Source: an uncultured archaeon
GTDB lineage: Archaea > Asgardarchaeota > Thorarchaeia > Thorarchaeales > Thorarchaeaceae
Direction of reading: 5' to 3'
DNA: 45,072 nucleotides
Assembly (NCBI GenBank): GCA_964610875.1
Contig: CAZSWP010000020.1
Location: 18,602 to 63,673 of the forward strand
In this document: one piece after another, positions 36,745 through 45,072 of the stretch
Position numbering within the stretch: position 1 is the stretch's first letter
Layout: every line of letters begins with the position of its first letter
The notes under the pieces: model-generated
Databases searched by the model: none
What the model was told of the DNA's origin: nothing
Seen by the model: the letters and a program-made list of their open reading frames with translations, nothing else
Made by a program: the position numbers and the translations under genes

Positions 36745-38538
36745 ATGGGGAAAATCAGAGTCCTCGATGAATCACTTGTAGCTCTAATATCAGCAGGAGA
36801 AGCAGTGGAGAATCCAGCATCGATAGTAAAAGAATTGATTGAAAATGCCTTAGACGCTGAAGCCACAAAGATTGAGATTGAAATTGAAAATGGAGGTATC
36901 AAATCAATCAAAGTGTCTGACAACGGTTCAGGAATCCTGAAAGAAGACACACCACTTATCACTCTACGTCACTCGACCAGTAAGATTTCGTCTAGAGATG
37001 ACCTTGAACAAATATTCACCTATGGATTCCGAGGTGAAGCATTAGCAAGTATAGCGGCTGTTGGAAATCTCGAGATAATAACAAGACATGAGTCTGAAGA
37101 AATAGGCACTAAAATAATAGCTCGTGCAGGAGAGATTCCTTCCACAACAGAAGCAGCTAGACCCCATGGAACTACAGTAATTGTAACAGAACTCTTTGGA
37201 AAAGTACCCGCACGTAAGAAGCATCTTTCCGATGCAAGAGTAGAGAGTCAGAGAATCTTTGATGTCATCATGAGGCATGCTATCATTCGCAATGATGTTG
37301 GATTTAGATTTCTCAGAGATGGGAACACGTATCTTGACTGTCCACCAAATCATTCAAGGATTGAACGTGCATTAGCACTCTGGGGAATGGATGTAGCTGA
37401 GTGTCTAATCGAGATTCATATCAATGAGGATAATGTCATACTTAATGGCTTCATTGGAGACCCATCTATTACACGAGGAAACCGCTCCCGTGAGTACTTC
37501 TCAGTCAGGAAGAGACCTATAGAGGAACAACGTTTTGGAATTGCTGTTGAAGAAGCATACTCAACACTGTTAATGAAAGGCAGGTTTCCTTTCTGTGTAA
37601 TTGACATCGATATTGATGCAAAGAAGGTGGATCCCAATGTTCATCCAACCAAAAGAGAGGTGCGTATCCAAGATATCGATATGATTGCAGAGATAATTCG
37701 CACAACAATTCGACAAGTACTTGCTGAAACACCACCACCTGAAATAACCGAGTCACTTGAAGATTTCAGTGATACTACGCTAACCGGAAAGGTTGCTAGT
37801 GAAACTGAATCCTCGACATCAATACAACTGAAGGATTCACGGCTAATTGAGGAGATGAAAATTCATACTGCTGAGGTAAAGCATCCTCTAGAATACGAAG
37901 CTGAAGAATTAGGCGGCGCTTATCGAATCCTAGGTACAACTAATGAATTGTACATTATTCTTGCTACTGATAACGGTTTACTTATTGTGGACCAACATGC
38001 AGCCCATGAGAGGGTTCTCTATGAGAAATTACGAGATGAAGTAAATTCAGGTACAGTTGTGGTCCAAGAATTGCTAGAACCAATTGTTCTGAAGCTCGAT
38101 TCTACAGACGCAGAAAGAATCACAGAACTCTCCTCTACTCTTGAATCACTTGGTTATGAGATCAGCAGTTTTGGTGGAAATGAGATTCTCATATCTTCAC
38201 TGCCTGAAATTCTGGGAAGACGTGCCGATGAACAAGAGTTGATAGCATTGATAGACAGAATGCTACTGCTAGGTGAGAAGGCTGCTTCAGTCACGTTCAT
38301 GGATGATTTTGTTAAACTAACCGCTTGTCATTCAGCGATCAGAGCTGGTGAAACACTCGGTGAAGATAAGATTAGAGAATTGCTAGGTAGCTTAATTAAA
38401 ACTGAGAACCGATATCGATGCTGTCATGGAAGACCGGTTTCTGTTAGAATAAGCAGACGTGAGCTGGATGATAGATTCGGGAGGCTCGGTTCTGATGCCC
38501 TAGAGCGATATCGAGCTCGACATGGTATCAAGAAATAG
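36745..38538 (+). CDS. mutL: DNA mismatch repair endonuclease MutL
   Basis: VKELIENALDA, DNGSGI, GFRGEALAS, DPNVHPTKREV, endonuclease motif DQHAAHERVLYE, QELLEP, ACH, CCHGRP. Confidence 0.96.
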   Translation: MGKIRVLDESLVALISAGEAVENPASIVKELIENALDAEATKIEIEIENGGIKSIKVSDNGSGILKEDTPLITLRHSTSKISSRDDLEQIFTYGFRGEALASIAAVGNLEIITRHESEEIGTKIIARAGEIPSTTEAARPHGTTVIVTELFGKVPARKKHLSDARVESQRIFDVIMRHAIIRNDVGFRFLRDGNTYLDCPPNHSRIERALALWGMDVAECLIEIHINEDNVILNGFIGDPSITRGNRSREYFSVRKRPIEEQRFGIAVEEAYSTLLMKGRFPFCVIDIDIDAKKVDPNVHPTKREVRIQDIDMIAEIIRTTIRQVLAETPPPEITESLEDFSDTTLTGKVASETESSTSIQLKDSRLIEEMKIHTAEVKHPLEYEAEELGGAYRILGTTNELYIILATDNGLLIVDQHAAHERVLYEKLRDEVNSGTVVVQELLEPIVLKLDSTDAERITELSSTLESLGYEISSFGGNEILISSLPEILGRRADEQELIALIDRMLLLGEKAASVTFMDDFVKLTACHSAIRAGETLGEDKIRELLGSLIKTENRYRCCHGRPVSVRISRRELDDRFGRLGSDALERYRARHGIKK

Positions 38539-38580
38539 TGTTGATTTAAGAATTTAATTCATCCGTAAAATTAAACTGTC

Positions 38581-38590
38581 TTTATGTATA
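38581..38590 (+). promoter_or_regulatory. Candidate archaeal TATA box for the surface protein gene
   Basis: TTTATGTATA preceded by an A-rich stretch, ~85 nt upstream of ATG 38675, which has an AGGAG SD. Confidence 0.35.
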
Positions 38591-38674
38591 ACACAAACTA
38601 GCCAAAGCTGGCATTGACGTCACCTGCAAGCGACTTTCGCAAGCCTTTCGCGTGGTGCTAAGAGGAGAATTCAT

Positions 38675-41440
38675 ATGAAGCATGCTAAGTTAATTTTCAT
38701 ACTATCTTTGGGAATGCTATTGATAATTTCAAGCTCCATTTCTGGGAGTTTGGATACTACTGTATCAATTGAGAATGAAATGGAGAGTAGGGGTATAGTT
38801 GCCTATACGCCATATCCAGTTATTGATATTGCAAATGACTCAGATTTTCATGAGCAAGCGACTATTGCAGGCTGGGAGGGAACTGGAGCAATAGATGAAC
38901 CCTATCTCATTAAGGGATACAATATCACTAATGATGGGACTTGTATCTATATTCGCAATGTCACTCAGACTTACTTCAAAATTACTGGTTGCTACTTTGC
39001 GGAGAACAGTTCTTCATCAGGATATGCGGTTAGATTCAATAATGTTTCAACAGGAATCATTGAGAATACAACAGTTTATGCAAATAATTACGGATTCTTC
39101 ATTCAGGATTCTTACAATATCAAGATTGACAATTGTACCTTTTTGGACACCAGTAATTATGCAATCTATCTCTGGAATAGTGAGTATACCCAAGTGACTG
39201 ATATTGACGCCTATGACTGCTATTCAGGACTATTCGCAGCAAATACGAATTACACAACTGTTACAGATGCTTGGATACAAGATTGTCCCTATGTTGGAAT
39301 CTATGTCGAGTGGTCAAATTATTTCCAAATCTACGATTCAACCGTATATTCGAACGATCTAGGTGGAATGGATATTGAACAATCACCAAATACAACAGTA
39401 AACAACTGTAATGTATCATATAATGAAGGTCATGGAATCTATCTTTACGAATCCGAGTATAGCACAATAGAAGATTCAGACTTTGAGGGAAATTACTACC
39501 TTTCTGATATGCGATGTGGCATCTTGGTAGAAGGTGGACATAATGTTTCGATCCTGAATAATGTTTTTGATGATAATACAGAGAACGGAATCACACTGAT
39601 ATCAACTCCTGATGTAAAGATAAAACACAATCATATCACAAACAACTATATTCACGGAATCTACCTCCAGAGTTCTCATTCCGCATATCTCGAAAACAAT
39701 ACCATCTTGAATAATGGAGAGGGTCTTAGCTCAGTTAAGCACTGTGGGATATATAGTGAGTATTCACATGATGGGGAAATCTATAACTGTACCATAGCAT
39801 ATAACATAGAAGATGGAATCCATTTGGATTCTTCCAATGGGTGGCAGATACACCACTGCAATGTAAGCAGTAATAATAGACATGGTATCTATCTTCAGTA
39901 TTGTGAAAATGATACATTCTATGAGAATGTAATTCACGACAATATTGGTGATATGGGATTTCATCTCGTCGGTCAATGTGGAGTAAACATTTATGATTCG
40001 AGCTATCTCGTATTTGATGAAAACGTGATCTATGGGAATACTAACAATGGAATAGCCATCACTGAGTGTACTTTCAGTAATTTCACAAATAACAAAATAT
40101 TCGAGAATTCATTCTCAGGTTTAGTTGTCGATAGAGGAAATAACCTCACGATTTCTGATAATGAGATCTATGGTCAAGAAAGGGGATTATATCTTGAAGA
40201 TTCTCATAATAACACAATCACTAGGAACATTATCTATGACAACGACTATGGACTTACTTTGAATGACTGTGAAAACACAACTCTGTACTACAATGACATA
40301 GGCTGGAACGAGTTCGATAATGTTGCAGACAATACTGGTCAGAACAATACATGGGATGATGGAATAAGCATAGGGAACTGGTACAGCAATTATACAGGAA
40401 GTGGAACTTTTACTATTCCGGGTGATACTGGTTCTATAGACCATTATCCATCCAGAAGCCTCTATGCTGGATATGCTGAAGACATCACCTATCAGCTAGG
40501 CTCAACCGGAAATGTGCTTGAGTGGAACTGCAGTGCATTGAACGGTTGGAAAGTCATGGTTTACAAGGATGGAGTTTCCCACATTAATGACACGTGGGAT
40601 GGAACAGACCTACAGCTTAACGTCGATAGATTCGAGATAGGGGAGTTCAACATTACTGTGTTCTTCTATCATGTTTCTGGACATCATGTGAAAGCAACTG
40701 CATTCGTGACCGTGATTGATACGGTGAGTCCTTTCTGGACAACATTTCCAGATTTCTTGATCACTGAGTTGGGCGAAGACTTCAGATATGACGTTAATGC
40801 ATCAGATCCGTCAGGATTGGACCATTGGTGGATTAATGACAACTACTGGTTCACCATTGATGAGAATGGCGTGGTTACTAACAACCGTGAGCTTGAGATG
40901 ATGAACTATAATCTCAGTGTTTATGTGAATGATACTCTTGGATGGTGGTCAGTGATTTCATTCACAGTTTTAGTTCAAGACAACAATGCACCAACAATAG
41001 TCAGCGCACCTGATGATGTTAAGTATGAAGTCGGTGATACAGGTAATGTCCTAGAATGGCAATTCTCAGATTTTGACCCTGATTCGTATATCATATATCG
41101 AAACGGCACTCAATATGGTTTCAGTAATTGGGTAAGTAATTCTGACACGTTCACAATCTCAGTGGATGGACTGGCCGTTGGTGTACATAATTACACAATT
41201 GTTGTATTTGATGGATCAGGTAATTCAGCCAGTCATACTGTTTGGGTCACCGTAACAGAAGCTACTACAACAGATACAACAACTACAACAACTGATGACA
41301 CCAACGGAGATACTACTACCGACACTGCAGGACCACCCATAGATCCGACAGGTCTTGGGCTTGCTGTAGCTGGGCTCGGAGCAGGAGTGGTAATTGTAAT
41401 CGTTATAATCTACTACGGAAAGAAGAAAGCAAGTGGATGA
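38675..41440 (+). CDS. Cell-surface right-handed parallel beta-helix (NosD/CASH-type) protein with Ig-like domains and C-terminal anchor
   Basis: Signal peptide, many N...GI(Y)L repeats, GNWYSNY, Ig-like modules, Thr-rich linker, TM helix and KKK tail. Many N-x-S/T sequons. Confidence 0.9.
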   Translation: MKHAKLIFILSLGMLLIISSSISGSLDTTVSIENEMESRGIVAYTPYPVIDIANDSDFHEQATIAGWEGTGAIDEPYLIKGYNITNDGTCIYIRNVTQTYFKITGCYFAENSSSSGYAVRFNNVSTGIIENTTVYANNYGFFIQDSYNIKIDNCTFLDTSNYAIYLWNSEYTQVTDIDAYDCYSGLFAANTNYTTVTDAWIQDCPYVGIYVEWSNYFQIYDSTVYSNDLGGMDIEQSPNTTVNNCNVSYNEGHGIYLYESEYSTIEDSDFEGNYYLSDMRCGILVEGGHNVSILNNVFDDNTENGITLISTPDVKIKHNHITNNYIHGIYLQSSHSAYLENNTILNNGEGLSSVKHCGIYSEYSHDGEIYNCTIAYNIEDGIHLDSSNGWQIHHCNVSSNNRHGIYLQYCENDTFYENVIHDNIGDMGFHLVGQCGVNIYDSSYLVFDENVIYGNTNNGIAITECTFSNFTNNKIFENSFSGLVVDRGNNLTISDNEIYGQERGLYLEDSHNNTITRNIIYDNDYGLTLNDCENTTLYYNDIGWNEFDNVADNTGQNNTWDDGISIGNWYSNYTGSGTFTIPGDTGSIDHYPSRSLYAGYAEDITYQLGSTGNVLEWNCSALNGWKVMVYKDGVSHINDTWDGTDLQLNVDRFEIGEFNITVFFYHVSGHHVKATAFVTVIDTVSPFWTTFPDFLITELGEDFRYDVNASDPSGLDHWWINDNYWFTIDENGVVTNNRELEMMNYNLSVYVNDTLGWWSVISFTVLVQDNNAPTIVSAPDDVKYEVGDTGNVLEWQFSDFDPDSYIIYRNGTQYGFSNWVSNSDTFTISVDGLAVGVHNYTIVVFDGSGNSASHTVWVTVTEATTTDTTTTTTDDTNGDTTTDTAGPPIDPTGLGLAVAGLGAGVVIVIVIIYYGKKKASG

Positions 41441-41449
41441 AGGAGTTTT

Positions 41450-41489
41450 GCTTCAGTAGAATTGAACTACTGAAGCTTTTTCTTTTTTT
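41450..41489 (+). terminator. Hairpin plus poly-T terminator between convergent genes
   Basis: Perfect 10-bp inverted repeat GCTTCAGTAG (41450-41459) / CTACTGAAGC (41467-41476), followed by TTTTTCTTTTTTT. Confidence 0.75.
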
Positions 41490-41490
41490 C

Positions 41491-42153
41491 TCAATTTAGA
41501 TAAAACACCAGCCAGATGAAAATCATAAGCATTGGAATGAACAACATATAATCAAATACATGATCCAATGGAATGAACTTGGTATATTTTAAGGTGTAAG
41601 CCGAAGTTTCTTCCTCAGAATAAATTGATGCTCTTTCCAAATAATCATGCATTCTTTGACGAATCAAAGCATTATCTTGCATCTTCTTCTTTGTGCAAAA
41701 TAAAATGAAGGGCAATGCAATGAGAGCATATAATGTAGGAAGAAGCAACAATGAAAGTAGGAGATTACCTCTATTCCATGTGTACATATCATAGAGAAAG
41801 AGAGGTATTACAAGTGAAACTAATGGAATAATAGCTGGAGCCCAGCCTCGTCTAAAGTCTGCGAAAATATAGTTAGCCCTGATTTCATAGGCTAATTTAG
41901 CAAGTACATTTTTTATCCCTTTCTCAACGGATATATCATGAATGACCAAAGAAAGGGTACCTTCATCCTCATATTCATAATCCACAAGGGTTTGATTTTC
42001 AGGTGCAACTTCGTTATAAGTTAGGTCAACAGCCTGTACAAAGTCATCTTCATTAAGATTCATTGTTGTGTACAGTGTCCTAATCCTTTCTTCATATTTC
42101 GTCTTTTCATCTTCGTTCAAATTATCACCCACTATATCAATCCCAGATATCAT
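41491..42153 (-). CDS. Three-TM membrane protein, paralog of 42287..42937
   Basis: EGTLSLV...GIKNVLAKLAYEIRANYIF...RR...PAIIP, C-terminal FIPMLMIFIWLVFYLN. Confidence 0.8.
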   Translation of the reverse strand: MISGIDIVGDNLNEDEKTKYEERIRTLYTTMNLNEDDFVQAVDLTYNEVAPENQTLVDYEYEDEGTLSLVIHDISVEKGIKNVLAKLAYEIRANYIFADFRRGWAPAIIPLVSLVIPLFLYDMYTWNRGNLLLSLLLLPTLYALIALPFILFCTKKKMQDNALIRQRMHDYLERASIYSEEETSAYTLKYTKFIPLDHVFDYMLFIPMLMIFIWLVFYLN

Positions 42154-42286
42154 AGAGGATTGGCAAAAGTTCTTTCTATTATCCTATCAATCCACTGATT
42201 CAACAAATTTGCATGTTTAATTTCATGCATCATTTTTACTAGATATTATATATTGGTTGCAAATGCTGCTTGACTTAGGGATATGT

Positions 42287-42937
42287 CTAAGGATTCATAT
42301 TGAGGTAAAAGACCATCCACATGAATATCGAAAAGAGTGGCACAAACAACACATATTCTACAAAATGATATAGAGGTAATCTATTCGTAATTGTTGATAC
42401 AAGTTCATCTATCTCGTTTCTACGATAGATCTCCGCTTTAACCAAGCATTCTTGAAGTCTATTTCTCACAAAATTATTATCTTCTTGTTTTTTCTTTGAG
42501 AGAATTAGAAGCAGAGGAAGTGTGATGAGTGCATACAAAATGGGCCCTAGGAGAAGTGATAGACCTAAGTCACCTAATGCAACCTCACCGAAAAGCATCA
42601 TTGGGGGAATGAAGGTGATTATCGGGAGAATTGCAGGGATTGTTGACCTCCTATGAGGGACAAAGATGTGCTTTGCTTTGAAATCCCATGCGAATTTTGC
42701 CAACATGTATTTTACACCCATCTCAAGGGAAGAGTATTGGAGAACAATCTCCAAAGTTCCATCTCTTAGGAAAACAAAACTTACATCATTTTTTGAAGAA
42801 TCCGAAACAGGTTGATAATTTAATGATACATCTTTGATTTGGTATTCATTTATCTTATCAAGACCCATCCTATTTAAAGAATCCAATATCAATTCTTCAG
42901 ATTTTTCGTGATTAGTAGCAAAATGGTTAGCAGTCAT
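42287..42937 (-). CDS. Three-TM membrane protein, paralog of 41491..42153
   Basis: DGTLEIV...GVKYMLAKFAWDFKAKHIF...RR...PAILP, C-terminal FVPLFSIFMWMVFYLN. Confidence 0.8.
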   Translation of the reverse strand: MTANHFATNHEKSEELILDSLNRMGLDKINEYQIKDVSLNYQPVSDSSKNDVSFVFLRDGTLEIVLQYSSLEMGVKYMLAKFAWDFKAKHIFVPHRRSTIPAILPIITFIPPMMLFGEVALGDLGLSLLLGPILYALITLPLLLILSKKKQEDNNFVRNRLQECLVKAEIYRRNEIDELVSTITNRLPLYHFVEYVLFVPLFSIFMWMVFYLNMNP

Positions 42938-43053
42938 CTTTCTTCACTCACCTTGATACTCCAATTTCTTCTATATATTTGGGGGTGTAAATCCAGCAAA
43001 GAACTCTTGGAGTAATGAAATTCATATTCCTTACCCCAAGAGTATGCCATTTA

Positions 43054-45072
43054 CTACCACTGTGCATGCTTCATCTCAATACCAGTACGCAGCAGTAGTT
43101 GCATACCTACACCCAGTGTTGCAATGAATTTCTGTGCCAATGAATATGCAGTGCTTGGATTTTCACCAGTGACTGTCACTGTATCACCTACAGCAGAATA
43201 GTTGCCGAATATCACTTTTGTGACCAATGCAGAAGATATTCCTGCAGCAATAACTGCTGTTAGGAACTCTAGAACAATCTCAGCTGAGTCAGGGATACCA
43301 TTTGTTGCATTCTCATCTGCACCGACCATTATTATTGGGATAAGCACTTCACTGATGGCAAATATTGTCAGACAGCCGCTTAAAATTGCACTAAATACTG
43401 TCATTCTTTTTTGTTTCCAAGAAACTCCAGCATTCGCGGCTTTTGAGGCTTTTATATAACACCAAATAGCAATTCCAAATACAAATAGGGAGAGTATGAA
43501 ACCAACTGGAATTCCTAACATTGGGAACAACCAAAGGCTCGTGCCAAATAGCATTCCAATGTAATCCAGAATCCAAGCTATGAGAATGTATATGATGATA
43601 GAACCAATAATTGAGGTTAGTGCAGCAAGAACTGCTCGTAGTGGTCTTGAGATAGCTTCATTCTTCAGAATGAAATTACCAATCAATTTCTGAACTAACT
43701 TGTCTATCAACCATCCAACAAACAACGCAAATAGAAATACTACTAATCCCACTAGAACAGGAACTATGTTGAAAATATAGAATACCACTGATGATTTATC
43801 AGAGATGTCATCCGCATGAGCCTGTATCTTGACTCTATGAGCACCATTGTCAAGATTATCATTAGCTAATCCTCCAATGTTCGTCAATGCGTCAAAGGAT
43901 TCCTCATAGGTCACTCTAAGAATTGTTCCATCTTCAACTAGCAGAGGGTCTCCAACAGGAGTCGCCTCCTGATATTTTCCATTGTCGATATTGACCTTAC
44001 ATCCGATATTGGTTGCATCACTAGGATAGTCAACCGTCCATCTAACTTTAACCTCTGGAACATTGTGGAAGTATTCACCAGGCTCAGGAGTTAGGACCAT
44101 AATATTGAGGTCAGTCGGATTGCTTCTTCGTGGAGGAGTTGTGTAGTCATCTTCAGCTGGTGTATGAGTTTCTTTGATTACTGTAGGATCTCCACTCAAA
44201 CCCTTTCCAAATGTATCGAATACACCTACTAAACCATCATCTGAATCAATACCAGCTGATTTAATACTGAATTCACTTTCTCGATTTGGAGCGTCGGAGT
44301 ATTCTATTTGTGTAGTATCCGAATCAATAGAAATATCATTCTCAGTATGAATGTAAGGTATGGGGATTGTAATTTCCACTTGACCAAAAGGCCAGATTGT
44401 AACATTGACTTTATGCAATCGTATTGATGGATATGATATCCTTCTAATCTTCAATGTCTGGTCCTGCAGTTTTGCTTCAGCCATAAGAAATGCCAAGCAC
44501 CCAAAAGTAAGGAACTCTAAAGCCACATTCACTGCTGATAGCAACATTAGTGGAAGCATGAAGAGTGGTGAGTTACCACCTTCAGTCTTTCCACCACCTT
44601 CAAGCACTTCAGAAGAAGTATAAGGAATAGCCTCAGGTTTCGTTTCTGCAAAGAGACTTGTACCTCCATACCACGCTTCTATATCATAATCACCTTCATC
44701 ACTTGGAGACCATTGATAATATGCTTCGCCAAATGAATCAGTGATTAAATCAAAGGCAGAATAGCTTCCATCAGCATCATATATTGACAAGACTACATAC
44801 TTGTTAGACAAAGGACTACCGTCAGCATCTGTAAGCTGAACATGAATTGTATTCTCAGTATTCGTTTTCATTGTTTCAGGTACTTGTAGTAGTAATTTTG
44901 TTTCCTCATATGCAAAGAATGATTCTGAGCATGATAGGCTCTCATAGACTCGATTTTGTTTAACAGTAATTGAAACCTCATGGGGACCAGCCTGTAAATT
45001 ATCTGGAAGCATGCTTAGGATAGAGTCGAAACCATCGTTTCCATTGAATGCACCAATTGCATGACCGTCTAC
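43054..45072 (-). CDS. C-terminal part of a large Ig-like-domain / multi-TM protein, 5' end outside the window
   Basis: The frame is open upstream of the tracked ATG 45012 to the window edge (VDGHAIGAFNGNDGFDSILS). It contains an Ig-like module (QLTDADGSPL...TDSFGEA...GDYDIEAWYGG), a hydrophobic segment, a second beta domain and 5-6 TM helices. Confidence 0.85.
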   Translation of the reverse strand, partial: VDGHAIGAFNGNDGFDSILSMLPDNLQAGPHEVSITVKQNRVYESLSCSESFFAYEETKLLLQVPETMKTNTENTIHVQLTDADGSPLSNKYVVLSIYDADGSYSAFDLITDSFGEAYYQWSPSDEGDYDIEAWYGGTSLFAETKPEAIPYTSSEVLEGGGKTEGGNSPLFMLPLMLLSAVNVALEFLTFGCLAFLMAEAKLQDQTLKIRRISYPSIRLHKVNVTIWPFGQVEITIPIPYIHTENDISIDSDTTQIEYSDAPNRESEFSIKSAGIDSDDGLVGVFDTFGKGLSGDPTVIKETHTPAEDDYTTPPRRSNPTDLNIMVLTPEPGEYFHNVPEVKVRWTVDYPSDATNIGCKVNIDNGKYQEATPVGDPLLVEDGTILRVTYEESFDALTNIGGLANDNLDNGAHRVKIQAHADDISDKSSVVFYIFNIVPVLVGLVVFLFALFVGWLIDKLVQKLIGNFILKNEAISRPLRAVLAALTSIIGSIIIYILIAWILDYIGMLFGTSLWLFPMLGIPVGFILSLFVFGIAIWCYIKASKAANAGVSWKQKRMTVFSAILSGCLTIFAISEVLIPIIMVGADENATNGIPDSAEIVLEFLTAVIAAGISSALVTKVIFGNYSAVGDTVTVTGENPSTAYSLAQKFIATLGVGMQLLLRTGIEMKHAQW

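Noticed and set aside
38590-38660. c-di-GMP-I riboswitch-like pattern (CAAAC-stem-loop-GACG)
   Set aside because: No GNRA loop, no GCAAA linker and no convincing second stem.
41262-41330. ACA/ACT low-complexity repeat
   Set aside because: It encodes the ordinary Thr-rich linker of the surface protein.
9496-44623. Many 60-150 aa ORFs antisense to or nested in annotated genes
   Set aside because: They overlap well-supported genes and show no recognisable motifs.

Overview
This is a gene-dense, roughly 40% GC archaeal chromosome segment. Gene content (beta-helix/Thr-linker surface protein, very large polytopic membrane proteins, GGTGA/GGAGG Shine-Dalgarno sites, MutS1/MutL, rpe/tal) suggests an Asgard archaeon, possibly Thorarchaeia; this is inference only. 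The core, about 8.5-30 kb, is an unusual respiratory locus. A minus-strand complex I-like operon runs nuoA-J-K-C-D-H-I-[extra MrpD/NuoM-like antiporter]-L-M-N, has no nuoEFG or fpoF, and is followed by an iron-sulfur flavoprotein gene. nuoB is missing from the operon and sits upstream, fused to the C-terminus of a GlcD/Dld-type FAD-binding oxidoreductase that lacks the usual catalytic His/Glu motifs. That fusion is divergent from an HdrD/GlcF-like Fe-S protein. NuoL carries an apparent 26-residue duplication in its transverse helix, consistent with a membrane arm lengthened by a fourth antiporter subunit. NuoD lacks Ni-Fe ligands, so this is not a hydrogenase. Adjacent are menA, a predicted long-chain prenyl diphosphate synthase and a geranylgeranyl reductase-family gene, a candidate quinone-tail toolkit. 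The rest holds a partial >1200-aa membrane protein, a Zn-ribbon/CFI-box protein, a 2-phosphoglycerate kinase-like gene, an ADP-forming acyl-CoA synthetase alpha subunit, a 16-aa repeat protein, mutS, rpe, tal, an amidohydrolase, mutL, a surface beta-helix protein, two tandem membrane paralogs and a partial Ig-like/multi-TM protein. No rRNA, tRNA, CRISPR array or mobile element was recognised.
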